Source of the DNA: Candidatus Saccharimonadales bacterium | GTDB taxonomy: Bacteria > Patescibacteriota > Microgenomatia > Woykebacterales > RBG-16-39-9b | Assembly (NCBI GenBank): GCA_035480955.1 | Contig: DATIHF010000006.1 | Span: 11,110-75,109 of the forward strand | Direction of reading: 5' to 3' | Length of the DNA stretch: 64,000 nucleotides | In this document: piece by piece, positions 46,550 to 56,226 of the stretch | Position numbering within the stretch: position 1 is the stretch's first letter | Layout of the letters: each line of letters starts with the position of its first letter | The notes under the pieces: model-generated | Seen by the model: the letters and a program-made list of their open reading frames with translations, nothing else | The model's database searches: none | Told to the model about the DNA's origin: nothing | Program-made: the position numbers and the translations under genes

Positions 46550-47307
46550 TAAGAAACCTCCATATTTTCTTCTAGCATTTCCTCTGAAATGTCAAAATTG
46601 GCGTAAACTTTCTGGACATCATCAAGCTCTTCAAGCTTTTCCACTAAAGAAAGGACGCTTTTGGCTTGAGAGTCTTGAGTGATTTTTACTGTTGTAGTTG
46701 GCTCTTTGACTACTTCAGAACTAACTACCAGGTAACCTTCTTTCTCAACTGCTTCTTTAACCTTCAGCAACTGCTCAGGAGAAGAAAAAATAGTTGCCTC
46801 TTCTCCATGAGTGTCGATATCCTCTGCCCCACTATCAGCGGCCAGCAAAAAAAGTTCATCCGGGTCTTTTTCACTCAGATTTACCACCAGCTCGCCTTTT
46901 GGTTTGAAAAGATAGGCAACACTACCTGGACCAGCGAGATTGCCATTGTTGCGATCGAGAGTCGAGCGTACGTCAGAAGCGGAGCGCATTTTATTGTCAG
47001 TAACAACTTCGATGATCAACGCAACTCCAGCGGGACCAAAACCTTCGTAAGTTACCTCTTCCAAGGCTTTCTCACTTCCCTCTCCGGTTGCGCGAGAGAC
47101 GGCTCGATCAATGTTGTCTTTGGGCATATTGATCGCCCGAGCGGCTTCAATTGCCAATCTCAGTTTGAAATTGGCATCTGGATTGCCACCGCCTTCTTTA
47201 GCGGCAATGGTGATTGCCCGACCAGCTTTGGTAAAAGCTTGGCCACGCTTAGCATCATTAGCCCCTTTTTGTCGTTTAATAGTCGACCATTTACTGTGAC
47301 CTGACAT
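46549..47307 (-). CDS. yebC: YebC/PmpR family protein
   Basis: MSGHSKWSTIKRQKG, NMPKDNI.RA, YEGFGP.G, DDVQKVYAN. Confidence 0.96.
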   Translation of the reverse strand: MSGHSKWSTIKRQKGANDAKRGQAFTKAGRAITIAAKEGGGNPDANFKLRLAIEAARAINMPKDNIDRAVSRATGEGSEKALEEVTYEGFGPAGVALIIEVVTDNKMRSASDVRSTLDRNNGNLAGPGSVAYLFKPKGELVVNLSEKDPDELFLLAADSGAEDIDTHGEEATIFSSPEQLLKVKEAVEKEGYLVVSSEVVKEPTTTVKITQDSQAKSVLSLVEKLEELDDVQKVYANFDISEEMLEENMEVS

Positions 47308-47333
47308 TTTTCTTAAAATGCGATTCGCGTAAC

Positions 47334-47420
47334 TTAGCGAACGACATTTATTGACCTTTCTTGTGGGAAACTACAGAGCGCGAAGCGATCTATAGTCGAC
47401 CACTGACTGTGTCCACTCAT
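47334..47420 (-). other. 28-aa uORF repeating the YebC N-terminus
   Basis: MSGHSQWSTIDRFALCSFPQERSINVVR*; TAAAAT 9 nt upstream; stop 26 nt before the yebC ATG. Confidence 0.7.
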
Positions 47421-47505
47421 AACAAGCTTATTTTAACACAAGAATTGAACTTTCTAAGCGCTTCCCTCTTGACAGCTCTGGTAAAAATACCATGTAATAA
47501 ACTCT

Positions 47506-48351
47506 ATGAGTAGCCAAGATGAACTAGATCCCCGCTTTCAAGAAGCCATAAACGCCGCCCTCGTTGGAGAGTGGCAAAAAGCCGCGGAATTAAATTCCCA
47601 ACTTTTTGACGAGTATCCTGAAGACGTCAACGTTCTCAATCGTCTCGGCCATGCTTACAGCGAGCTCGGACAAGTCAATAAAGCCAGCTCTACTTTCAAA
47701 AAGGTTTTGGAACTTGACCCTTATAATCCAATCGCCAAGAAAAATATTGATAAACTCTCGACTCTCCGCGGGGCAAATTTGAAACCAAAAGAAGGAACTA
47801 GGGTGATCGATGTTGACATGTTTCTCGAAGAGCCAGGCAAAACAAAAACTATTGAGGTGGTAGATCTGGCGATGCCGAGAGTACTGATCCAACTAAGAGT
47901 CGGTGACACCGTACTACTCAATAATAATAAAAACGACGTTTCCATTGTCTCTGAGGAGGGGAAAAGATTGGGCAAACTGGAAAGTTCCTGGGGCAACGAG
48001 ATTTCTTCGGCGCTCTCTTTGGGAAGTGATTTTTCCGCAATTGTGAAAGCGATCAATGTCGGCAAAGATCCCAAGGGTTCAACTTTTTCTGTTTTTGTCA
48101 GAGAAACAAAACGCTCGAAAAAAATCGTTCAACCAATTTTCCCGATTGATTCTAACTTCACTCCTTTTGTTCGTGAAGAGACAGTTTCTTATATCAAAGA
48201 AGAGCCTAGTGTCCCACCAGAGTCAGGAGAAACAGCAGAAGCAGATTCTAGTGAGGAATTACCCAAAGAAGATCTCCCCCAAGAAGCCAATGAACTTCTT
48301 CCCGAGCCAGAATTAGTCGAGGACGAGGAAGAATACAAAGAAATCAAATAA
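47506..48351 (+). CDS. TPR protein with HIRAN-like domain and acidic tail
   Basis: VLNRLGHAYSELG...VLELDPYNPIAKKN; FLEEPGKTK. Confidence 0.8.
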   Translation: MSSQDELDPRFQEAINAALVGEWQKAAELNSQLFDEYPEDVNVLNRLGHAYSELGQVNKASSTFKKVLELDPYNPIAKKNIDKLSTLRGANLKPKEGTRVIDVDMFLEEPGKTKTIEVVDLAMPRVLIQLRVGDTVLLNNNKNDVSIVSEEGKRLGKLESSWGNEISSALSLGSDFSAIVKAINVGKDPKGSTFSVFVRETKRSKKIVQPIFPIDSNFTPFVREETVSYIKEEPSVPPESGETAEADSSEELPKEDLPQEANELLPEPELVEDEEEYKEIK

Positions 48352-49287
48352 TTAAGTCAATTCATCTTCTTCAGGACTTACTTCAATCGGTGGTGTAGGA
48401 ATTGCTGGTTCTGATGTCGCCACTGGAGCGCTCGCCGCTTGCGGCTTTGGTACTTCGACTTTGGGGGCTTCAACTTTTGGTGCAGGTGGTGGGGTTGCCT
48501 CAACTTTCTTGGTCTCCTCTACTTTGGGAGGCGCGGGAGTTTCTACTTTTTTTGGCTCCTCAACTTTCGGTGCGGGTGCTTCTTTTACTTCAACTTTTTC
48601 AACTTTGGGTAACTCTTTTTTAGGCTCTTCTTTTGGTGCCGCTGGTTTTGGTTTCGGTGGTTCTTTCTTCTCTATTTTCGGTTTTTCTTGAGAAACTTTT
48701 TGCTCAATTTCTTTTGGCTCTTCTTTGTGCTCAGGTTTTTCAGCAATAGGAGAAGGAGTTTCTGTAACTTCAGTTTCTTTACTTTTCACATTCTCCAGAG
48801 CTCCCCAAGGAGCGTTCAAATTACCCGCAGGGATTTGTAGGACAACTTCAGATCCAATCTCTGCTCCAAAATGCTCTACCGCCGCTGGTAGGACTTTGTA
48901 AGAGCCTTCTGGAGTGACAACCTTCCACTTCCCTTCTTTTTTAGCTAAAATTCCGCTCGTCTTCTGACGTTTGACATGTTCAACCTGCTTAAAGCGTTTT
49001 TCCCTATTTTTTCCTTCTTCAACTAGTTTCAGAGTGTCGCCCACAACGAGCAGACTTTTACTAGCGTAATTGGCAGGAACTGGATAGACCTCACCTGACT
49101 CGCTTTTCATCGCTTCCCCATCAAAGACTCCGACAATTCCGGGAAGATTGTCGGGGGTTTTTGAGTTTTGTGGTGCGCTACCTTCCTTGCCGGTTTCCAA
49201 ATCAGCAAGCAATTGTTTGGCGAGTTTGATGCTAGATTCAGCCGCACCCAGGGCTTGGCTTATTAGTTCAATATTTTTACTACTCAT
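48352..49287 (-). CDS. Conserved hypothetical protein with Pro/Glu/Lys-rich tail
   Basis: GVFDGE.M...G..YPVPANYASKS.LV.GD.LKL core; SD AAGGAGG. Confidence 0.8.
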   Translation of the reverse strand: MSSKNIELISQALGAAESSIKLAKQLLADLETGKEGSAPQNSKTPDNLPGIVGVFDGEAMKSESGEVYPVPANYASKSLLVVGDTLKLVEEGKNREKRFKQVEHVKRQKTSGILAKKEGKWKVVTPEGSYKVLPAAVEHFGAEIGSEVVLQIPAGNLNAPWGALENVKSKETEVTETPSPIAEKPEHKEEPKEIEQKVSQEKPKIEKKEPPKPKPAAPKEEPKKELPKVEKVEVKEAPAPKVEEPKKVETPAPPKVEETKKVEATPPPAPKVEAPKVEVPKPQAASAPVATSEPAIPTPPIEVSPEEDELT

Positions 49288-49306
49288 CTCAAAAACCTCC
49301 TTTTAT

Positions 49307-52300
49307 TTATTGTTTTAATTGGGTCGGTGGAAAGCGGAAAATTTCCACTTCCCCACTTTTTCCTGCTATTGCAGGCTCTTTTTTCTCTTCATTCTGCCCA
49401 CCAACTAACCCAGTCGGCAGGTTTTGATTAAGATTTTCCGGAGTAATTTTTGCTTGTTCTTGCTCTTGCCTAGAGATTGCCCCAGGGTCTGGGTAAGATT
49501 CTGTTCCTTCCAGATTTTGATTGAGCTCTTCAAAACTTTCTACCACGGGAATATTTTTATTAAGATCAACATTGTCTTTCGGCGGCAGAAAAGCGGTGTC
49601 AACACTGTTCAAACTAATTGCAGATGGTTGCGGTGGTGCTTGAGGTGTTTGTATTTGTGGTTGGGTGGTTTCTGGAGCAGGAATTGGCGCCGCAACCGGA
49701 GTTTGTGGTGCAGGAGTGCTTTGTGGTTGTTGAAGAGCCTCTGGTACGAATGTCGGTGGGGTTGGTGCACTAACAGGAGCTTTCAAACTTTCCTCGACCA
49801 GTAAATCTGCCAAGGGAGATCCACCTGAAGTGGCTGGTTGTCCAAAAGCGGGTGTTGTTCTAGCTGGAGCAGGAGTGGCGGCCGCAGCGGCAGCGGCACG
49901 AGCTTCTTCGACGGCCCAGGCGGGCGGCTGAGGTGGCTGGCCGGGAATGAATTTCGTCTCCGTCCATTTTTTGATTAATTTCTCTACCTTTTCGACTTCC
50001 TTACCAAACTTGATGCGGGAGAGCTGAATTGCTTTAGTTGTCATTGCCGTAGCATCAGTTGGAGGTGCGAGAGAGACGGCCGAGAATGGTTTTGATCCCT
50101 GATCGTCAATTTGCAGTTTAATATACATTTCGAATCGACCGAGGTTGATAAAATCATTTTCCAAAAAGACCGGTGAGAATTCTCTTTCCAAAAAGTGCGC
50201 GTCCTGATTCCCAACTCCAAAGACAATCGTGGTACCAACGTTTCCAAAAATAGCATCCCGGACAGTTTCCGGCATTTGCTCGATATACTGATGCGTAATA
50301 ACCAAATCCAATCGGTATTTTCTCGCTTCAGAGAGTATCACTGCAAACGAATCTGTCGCAAAGTTTTGGAACTCGTCAGCGTAAAGGAAGAAATCTTGGC
50401 GACTCTCTTCTGGAATATCGACTCGGCGCATGGCGGCAAACTCCAACTGGGAAACAATCATCGCTCCGAGCAGTGAAGTGTTGTTCGCACCGATACGACC
50501 TGAAGCCAAATTGACGAAGAAAAGTTTTTTGTTATTGATAATATCGTCAACTTTGATCGTGGATTTTGGCTGCCCAACAATATTTCTGATCAGCTCACTG
50601 TTTAAGAACTGTCCAACTTTGTTTTGAATTGGTGCGATCGCTTCGGTGATGAGTCGGTCGTTTTGCTCCAATTTGGCAAACTCGGTTAGCCAGAAGTCTT
50701 TCATTTGCGGATCTTTGATGAGCCCCACGATATATCTGCGGTAGCCTTTATCAACCAAAAGTCGAGTGATCGACAACAGTGAGGTGTTTGGCACCTCGAG
50801 AAGTGTCAAAATACAATTTTTCAAAATGTACTCAAGTCGAGGTCCCCAGCTGTTGGCAAAGTATTTTTTGAAAACGTCAACCAGGGTGTCGGCCATCAGC
50901 GTCCTCTGTCTTGGGTCGACCATCTCCAACATGTTCAATGAGACCGGGTGATCCGCATCAGCTGGATTGAAAATGACTACATCTTCAGCTCGGTTTTCCG
51001 GAACAAATTCAAGCAGCTCGTCAATTAATTGTCCATGGGGATCCAAAACCGCCACTCCCTCACCGTTGCGCATATCTTGAATAATCATGTTTTTGATCAA
51101 AGTAGACTTACCCGTACCAGTTTTTCCAATAATATACATGTGTTTTCGTCTGTCGGGCTTTTTAATTCCGAACGTTTGTTCGTGATCGCGGAAATAAGTT
51201 TTACCCAAATAAGTCACCGCTGAAGTCGGGATATTGAGCGGTGGTTCGCCTTTTTTAGAATGAGTCCAGGCAATCGTAGGTGTCTCAACTGAAAGATTTG
51301 GCAAGTGGAATATCGAGGCCAGCTCTTCGATCGTTAAGACATAGTCGCCACTAGCTCCTTCGGGAAAACTCCTATCACGGTAGCTTTTTACCATAGAAGC
51401 GGTGGTCGGACTGTCCGGATCAGGTTCAAAAGCATTTAAGGAGGCGGTGGAAAATTGTTTGAAAGAAGCAATTGCTGAGGAGAGTTTAGCCTGAGCTTCC
51501 TCTTTGGTGTCAGCAACGGCAACAACACGTATTTTTGTTTCAAAACCGATCTTGGAAAGTTTATTCTCAATCATTTTCAGATCAAGTTCTTGTCCAGCCG
51601 AAAGTCTAGGCGCGAGCTCCGCCCGAGCCGGAAGCGGCGGCTCTTTGGGACCGGACATCATGTAAGGAAGGATATTTGTTCCGACTGAGAGAATATGCTT
51701 ACCGACATCAATTGCGATATCTCCAGGAGCCAGAGAAACGGGATGTTTACCCTCTCTAACCATTTTCACGTAGTCATGGCCGCGATCTTGCCAAAAGTCA
51801 TCGATTGGCCGCACCATAATTTGCACCCAAATTTGTTCAGTTTTTCGCACGCTACCTAGTGCACTGGTAATTGCCGCTAGCGGATCCACCTCAAAGTCAC
51901 GGAAAGTTTTGATTGGAAAAATAAAATCTTTGGCGAGAGCCAGCTCTGTTCCGATGACCACAGCATTGTCACTAACGCTTTTAGAATAATCAACTGCTTC
52001 TCGGATCTCAGCATCAGGATATTGTGCGTAGATTTGGCTTTCAACGAAACTTTTGAAACCTCTTGGGGTAAAACAGTAAAAATTGATTCCAGAGGAAGAG
52101 CTGGCCATCTCTAGTGAGATGTGTTCTTGCAAGTCTGGAGTAAAACGCAGTAAACCGTGGAGCGACGCGAACATCTGCTCAGCCGCTATTGGCAGTTTTT
52201 CATTTTCTTTGGGAAGTCGAATAGAAAGGAGTACTCCCTCCCCAATTGCTTCTTTCTTACTATCCCCTTTTTCCTGCGATAAGGCAGAACGGTAAGCCCA

Positions 52301-52348
52301 GAAAAAAGCGATTATTACGATAACTAAAATGCCGCCTATTACTAGCAT
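49307..52348 (-). CDS. VirB4/VirD4(TraD)-like P-loop ATPase with N-terminal TM
   Basis: HMYIIGKTGTGKS, LDPHG, LYADEFQNF, SEARKY..L...HQY, GNVGT. Confidence 0.88.
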   Translation of the reverse strand: MLVIGGILVIVIIAFFWAYRSALSQEKGDSKKEAIGEGVLLSIRLPKENEKLPIAAEQMFASLHGLLRFTPDLQEHISLEMASSSSGINFYCFTPRGFKSFVESQIYAQYPDAEIREAVDYSKSVSDNAVVIGTELALAKDFIFPIKTFRDFEVDPLAAITSALGSVRKTEQIWVQIMVRPIDDFWQDRGHDYVKMVREGKHPVSLAPGDIAIDVGKHILSVGTNILPYMMSGPKEPPLPARAELAPRLSAGQELDLKMIENKLSKIGFETKIRVVAVADTKEEAQAKLSSAIASFKQFSTASLNAFEPDPDSPTTASMVKSYRDRSFPEGASGDYVLTIEELASIFHLPNLSVETPTIAWTHSKKGEPPLNIPTSAVTYLGKTYFRDHEQTFGIKKPDRRKHMYIIGKTGTGKSTLIKNMIIQDMRNGEGVAVLDPHGQLIDELLEFVPENRAEDVVIFNPADADHPVSLNMLEMVDPRQRTLMADTLVDVFKKYFANSWGPRLEYILKNCILTLLEVPNTSLLSITRLLVDKGYRRYIVGLIKDPQMKDFWLTEFAKLEQNDRLITEAIAPIQNKVGQFLNSELIRNIVGQPKSTIKVDDIINNKKLFFVNLASGRIGANNTSLLGAMIVSQLEFAAMRRVDIPEESRQDFFLYADEFQNFATDSFAVILSEARKYRLDLVITHQYIEQMPETVRDAIFGNVGTTIVFGVGNQDAHFLEREFSPVFLENDFINLGRFEMYIKLQIDDQGSKPFSAVSLAPPTDATAMTTKAIQLSRIKFGKEVEKVEKLIKKWTETKFIPGQPPQPPAWAVEEARAAAAAAATPAPARTTPAFGQPATSGGSPLADLLVEESLKAPVSAPTPPTFVPEALQQPQSTPAPQTPVAAPIPAPETTQPQIQTPQAPPQPSAISLNSVDTAFLPPKDNVDLNKNIPVVESFEELNQNLEGTESYPDPGAISRQEQEQAKITPENLNQNLPTGLVGGQNEEKKEPAIAGKSGEVEIFRFPPTQLKQ

Positions 52349-52427
52349 TAGCTCTTTTCTCTCCTTTTAAAGATAGGTTTATGATAGCTCTTTTTGGCTT
52401 CAAAGTCAATTGAATTTTGGGGTGTAG

Positions 52428-52510
52428 AAATGACAAAACTCCCCCGAAGGAGAGTCTTGTCTTTAGGAGAGGCTATTTTGGCCTCTCCTCGGAAGAAAGG
52501 AGAGAGATCG
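52428..52510 (-). ncRNA. Putative ~85-nt sRNA with anti-SD (CUCUCCU) motifs
   Basis: Promoter TTGACT-17-TAAAAT (52544-52516), no ORF, hairpin AGGAGAGGC/GCCTCTCCT, terminal hairpin with a cUUCGg loop; the downstream gene has its own TTGACT-17-TATCAT promoter. Confidence 0.6.
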
Positions 52511-52568
52511 AGGATATTTTAGCAATTTTTGGTCCAAAAGTCAACTATCTGAGCGGTTACAACACTTT

Positions 52569-53618
52569 CTAGTAAGACAAACGGTTAGCTACATCTTGAC
52601 CAATTATTATTTTTATATCAACCCCATTTTGATTGCTCTGTTGTTTTATACTCGTCTGTTTGAATAGGGTTTTTAGTCTCTCGGTAAGGGCGAATTTTTG
52701 TTGGCCCACCAAAAGCTGGCTCTGCTTCTGAGTTTGGTCACTTGCAGTCACTGAAACCACATTGCCTCCCAAATTGGTAACGATATTCTTGACAACGTTT
52801 CCGATCCCTTCTTCTCCACTGGCATTGACTATCTCTACTGAAGACCCCTCATTAGCAATTTTGGAATCCTGAAACTTAACTCCAAGAGCAGATTTCAAAT
52901 TTTGTGAATCGATAAAATTGTCACTAGTCAGATAAGAATTTGTGTCAATAAAATCAAATCTTGCTGGTTCAAGTTTTTTAACTTCGGTTGTCAGAGTGTA
53001 AAAATCTCCAATTGTCAGACTGGTAAAAACCTGCCTGTCTAGGAAGTCTTTGTTACTTTTTACTTTAAAAAAATCAGAAGGAGTATAGAGCTTTGTAAAA
53101 AGCTGGTCTAAAAAGCTAGAGCTAATCCAGTTTTTTGGACTCTCAACTACAAAATATCCATCGATCAGATACCCAGTTGAGACGGTCAATGCTGAGGAAA
53201 GTTTATCGATGTTGTTTATTTTTCCGTTTTTAAACTCTACAAGAGCGCCAAGACTCTTATCCTCAGAATTAGTTCCAACTAACGTTGAAGATGGGAATTT
53301 GAGGAGTATTGCTTTGTTCGCTCCCTTTTCGTAACTTGCCAAAGCAATCTCTTCTACTCTACTAGAGTCTTCAGTAATAAGTAATAAATTTACTCTTTTA
53401 TCAAGTTTTACACTAGCATTTTTGTAATTCTCTGTTGGTAGATTTTGGAAAGGTTTTACTAATTTAGAAAAAATCACCGGGAGATTGATCAAAAAAATTA
53501 GTACAAAAATCCCCACTAAAAAAAGGGCGGAAAGTTTTATAGTTTTCCCTAGCCTCTTCTTTCGTTTCTCTTGATTTTTGTTCTTGGCGAAATTCTGAGC
53601 TTGTTGGTCAATGATCAT
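52569..53618 (-). CDS. LCP/LytR-like protein with LytR C-terminal domain
   Basis: TM; VEIVNASG..G.G, DIKIIIGQD. Confidence 0.75.
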   Translation of the reverse strand: MIIDQQAQNFAKNKNQEKRKKRLGKTIKLSALFLVGIFVLIFLINLPVIFSKLVKPFQNLPTENYKNASVKLDKRVNLLLITEDSSRVEEIALASYEKGANKAILLKFPSSTLVGTNSEDKSLGALVEFKNGKINNIDKLSSALTVSTGYLIDGYFVVESPKNWISSSFLDQLFTKLYTPSDFFKVKSNKDFLDRQVFTSLTIGDFYTLTTEVKKLEPARFDFIDTNSYLTSDNFIDSQNLKSALGVKFQDSKIANEGSSVEIVNASGEEGIGNVVKNIVTNLGGNVVSVTASDQTQKQSQLLVGQQKFALTERLKTLFKQTSIKQQSNQNGVDIKIIIGQDVANRLSY

Positions 53619-53628
53619 AATTCCAAAT

Positions 53629-55326
53629 CTATAAATTGATTTTTTCCAGACTAGCGTGTAGTTCTTCCAAATGATCCTTTTTCATCTCCCCTTCTCTGAT
53701 CGCTGAGAGTTTTTGGGCCGTTAGTAGATGAGCTACTTGATGACCAGACAATACTCGAGGAACGATAACGTAGTCAGCCCCGTGTCGGTAAAATTTTACG
53801 GCCCACTCCCTCTCCGCCGCCGTCACAAAAACGATTGGTTTGCTGCCTGAATCCTTTAAATTATGTAACAATTCCTCTGTATCGTCTGGGTCAAAAATAG
53901 TCGAAATAATCAACACTGCCTTTTCAATATTTGCTTCCTCCCAAATCTCCGGATCAGTGACATCGCCAAAAAGAAAATCAACCTGCGCTTCTTTCAATGA
54001 ATTGATAATCGTTGGATTGAAATCCACGACCAAAACTTTTTTTCCTTGTTTTTTTAGCTGCTTTAAAACTTCCCAACCCAAGCGATCGCAACCAATTAAA
54101 ACCACATGGTCTTCTAACTCTGTTTTAACATTTTTCTCGGCAAAGACTTCTTTCACTTCGACAAATCTCAAATATTTCTCTACCGAACGATAAATTTTGG
54201 TTGCATAAACTAGAAGGTAGGACGAGACACCGAAAGTGATTAGTGCTGTTAGTGTTAGCACTGAAACGGTCTCACTCGAAACGACGTGCTGTTTGTAAGC
54301 AAGAAATAAAATTATCAAAGAAAACTCGGAGATCTGAGCGAGAGACACCCCGCTTAAAAAAGCGGTTCGCCGCTTAAAACCTAGCCGAGCAAGGCTAACT
54401 AAAACAATCAGGGGCTTGATCATTAGCACAAAAGCCGACAAAAGTAAGGCTTCGAACAAAATCTTAAACTGAAAGGTGACGACGATTTGACTACCCAAAA
54501 TTATAAAGAAAATAACTATGAAAAAGTCCCGCAAGGGACGTACTCGAGCGGCAATTTGATGCTCCTGCTTCAAAGACGCTAATCCTAGACCTGCTAGAAA
54601 AGCACCAATTTCTAAAGAAAAGTTTAATTTCGCCGAGATCGCTGCGATCAAAAGAACCCAAGCAATACTTGTCAAAAAAAGCAGTTCTAGATTTACCGCT
54701 ACCCTCTCAAAAAGATAAGGCAAAACTTTTCGACTTAGTAAGTAAATCAGTGAAACTAAAATTGACCCAACAGCGATGGTTATGAAAAAACTACTGACAT
54801 TGAAATCCCCTTTTGAACCAAGAGCGGGAAGCAAAATCAAGAGAATAATTGCGGCCAAATCCTGTAGGAGAAGTATTGCAACGGTTAATTTGCCATAGAG
54901 AGAGTCGAGATCTCTTTTTTCCGAAAGTATTTTGACAACAATAACTGTGCTAGAGAAAGCTAGTGCCGCTGCAATATAAAAACTCGCCAAAGCCGAAAAA
55001 CCCAAAAGTATTGCCAGGAAATAGCCCACAAAAGCGGTGCCAAAAATCTGTAAAAACCCAGCGATGAGTGCTTTGCCGCTAAATTCTTTAAACTCACTGG
55101 TTTTTATTTCCAAACCAACCAAAAAGAGCAAAAAGCTCAGACCCAGGTCTCGCATCAGAGCAAAGGAAGTGTCAGCGGAGCTTTTGAAAAGGAAAGGACC
55201 CAGTATCAGTCCGGTGAGGATATAGGCAATAATCAATGGGAGTCGAAAGAAAGTCGCCCAGGCTCCAAAGAAGGCTGCTAAGGCAATGACAATTCCCAGA
55301 GCTAAAAGTGCATCGGCAGGGTTCAT
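53629..55326 (-). CDS. Cation:proton antiporter (KefB/KefC type) with TrkA-N domain
   Basis: FLLFLVGLE, FSSTVIVVK, LLQDL, QISEFSL, VVDFNP, GADYVIVP. Confidence 0.93.
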   Translation of the reverse strand: MNPADALLALGIVIALAAFFGAWATFFRLPLIIAYILTGLILGPFLFKSSADTSFALMRDLGLSFLLFLVGLEIKTSEFKEFSGKALIAGFLQIFGTAFVGYFLAILLGFSALASFYIAAALAFSSTVIVVKILSEKRDLDSLYGKLTVAILLLQDLAAIILLILLPALGSKGDFNVSSFFITIAVGSILVSLIYLLSRKVLPYLFERVAVNLELLFLTSIAWVLLIAAISAKLNFSLEIGAFLAGLGLASLKQEHQIAARVRPLRDFFIVIFFIILGSQIVVTFQFKILFEALLLSAFVLMIKPLIVLVSLARLGFKRRTAFLSGVSLAQISEFSLIILFLAYKQHVVSSETVSVLTLTALITFGVSSYLLVYATKIYRSVEKYLRFVEVKEVFAEKNVKTELEDHVVLIGCDRLGWEVLKQLKKQGKKVLVVDFNPTIINSLKEAQVDFLFGDVTDPEIWEEANIEKAVLIISTIFDPDDTEELLHNLKDSGSKPIVFVTAAEREWAVKFYRHGADYVIVPRVLSGHQVAHLLTAQKLSAIREGEMKKDHLEELHASLEKINL

Positions 55327-55344
55327 AGTAATATTATAACTCAA

Positions 55345-56226
55345 TTAGAGCTTCGCCAATACTTTTTTCAGCTCATCGGGCAAATTTGAGGTAAATTTAA
55401 GTTTTTTCTTGCTCGTTGGCTGGACAAAGGCAAGCTCTCCAGCATGAAGAAATTGCCTGGAAAGAAGCATTTTTCCTCCGTAAAGTTTATCCCCGACTAT
55501 TGGATGTCCCAAATGGGAGAGATGGACTCGGATTTGGTGGGTCCGGCCAGTCTTCGGGGTTAGCTCAACTAGTGTAAAATTGGAAAAACGCTCGACGACC
55601 TTATAGTCGGTTACGGCTTCTTTGCCACTCTCACCTACAATAAATTTCTGCTTAAATTTAGGGTGTCTTTGTATACTTCCCTTTATTTCCCCTTTTTCCT
55701 TCTCCACTCTTCCGCCTACCAAGGCAAGATATTTTTTCTCGACAACCCTTTTTTTAAACTGCTCTTTCAGAGCTTCAAGTGAATCTTGATTCTTTGCAAC
55801 CACTAGCAAACCTGAAGTGTTTTTATCAAGACGGTGGACGATCCCTGGGCGGTTTGACTCTTGATCAAAAGAACCCAAATGAGAAAGCAGTGCGTTCACG
55901 ACTGTACCACTAGGATGGTCAAGTGTTGGGTGAGTCACGAGGCCGGCTGGTTTATCTATTACTAACAAATCTTTGTCTTCATAAACAAAGTCCAGTGGGA
56001 TATTTTCCGCTTTCAAAGAAACTTCTTTCTCGACTGGTATCTCAACGACTATTTTGTCACCCTTCCTGACTTTATAGGAAGGCTCTAAGGAAGCTTCATT
56101 AACTCGAATAAAGCCTTCCTTGATCAATTTATTGGCTTTGGAACGGGAAAGAACTTTGATTTGGGAGGAAACAAACTGGTCCAGACGATCCAATTTTGGT
56201 TTGACGGAAACTTTGAGAACTTGCAT
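55345..56226 (-). CDS. rluD: RluA-family pseudouridine synthase (RluD-like)
   Basis: S4 domain, GIVHRLDKNTSG, TGRTHQIRVH. Confidence 0.93.
   Translation of the reverse strand: MQVLKVSVKPKLDRLDQFVSSQIKVLSRSKANKLIKEGFIRVNEASLEPSYKVRKGDKIVVEIPVEKEVSLKAENIPLDFVYEDKDLLVIDKPAGLVTHPTLDHPSGTVVNALLSHLGSFDQESNRPGIVHRLDKNTSGLLVVAKNQDSLEALKEQFKKRVVEKKYLALVGGRVEKEKGEIKGSIQRHPKFKQKFIVGESGKEAVTDYKVVERFSNFTLVELTPKTGRTHQIRVHLSHLGHPIVGDKLYGGKMLLSRQFLHAGELAFVQPTSKKKLKFTSNLPDELKKVLAKL

Noticed and set aside
48400-48800. Repetitive DNA (PKVEEPKKVE-type units)
   Set aside because: Low-complexity protein linker, not a CRISPR array or DNA repeat element.
49307-52348. Conjugative element or T4SS locus
   Set aside because: Stand-alone ATPase among housekeeping genes, with no relaxase or other vir genes.
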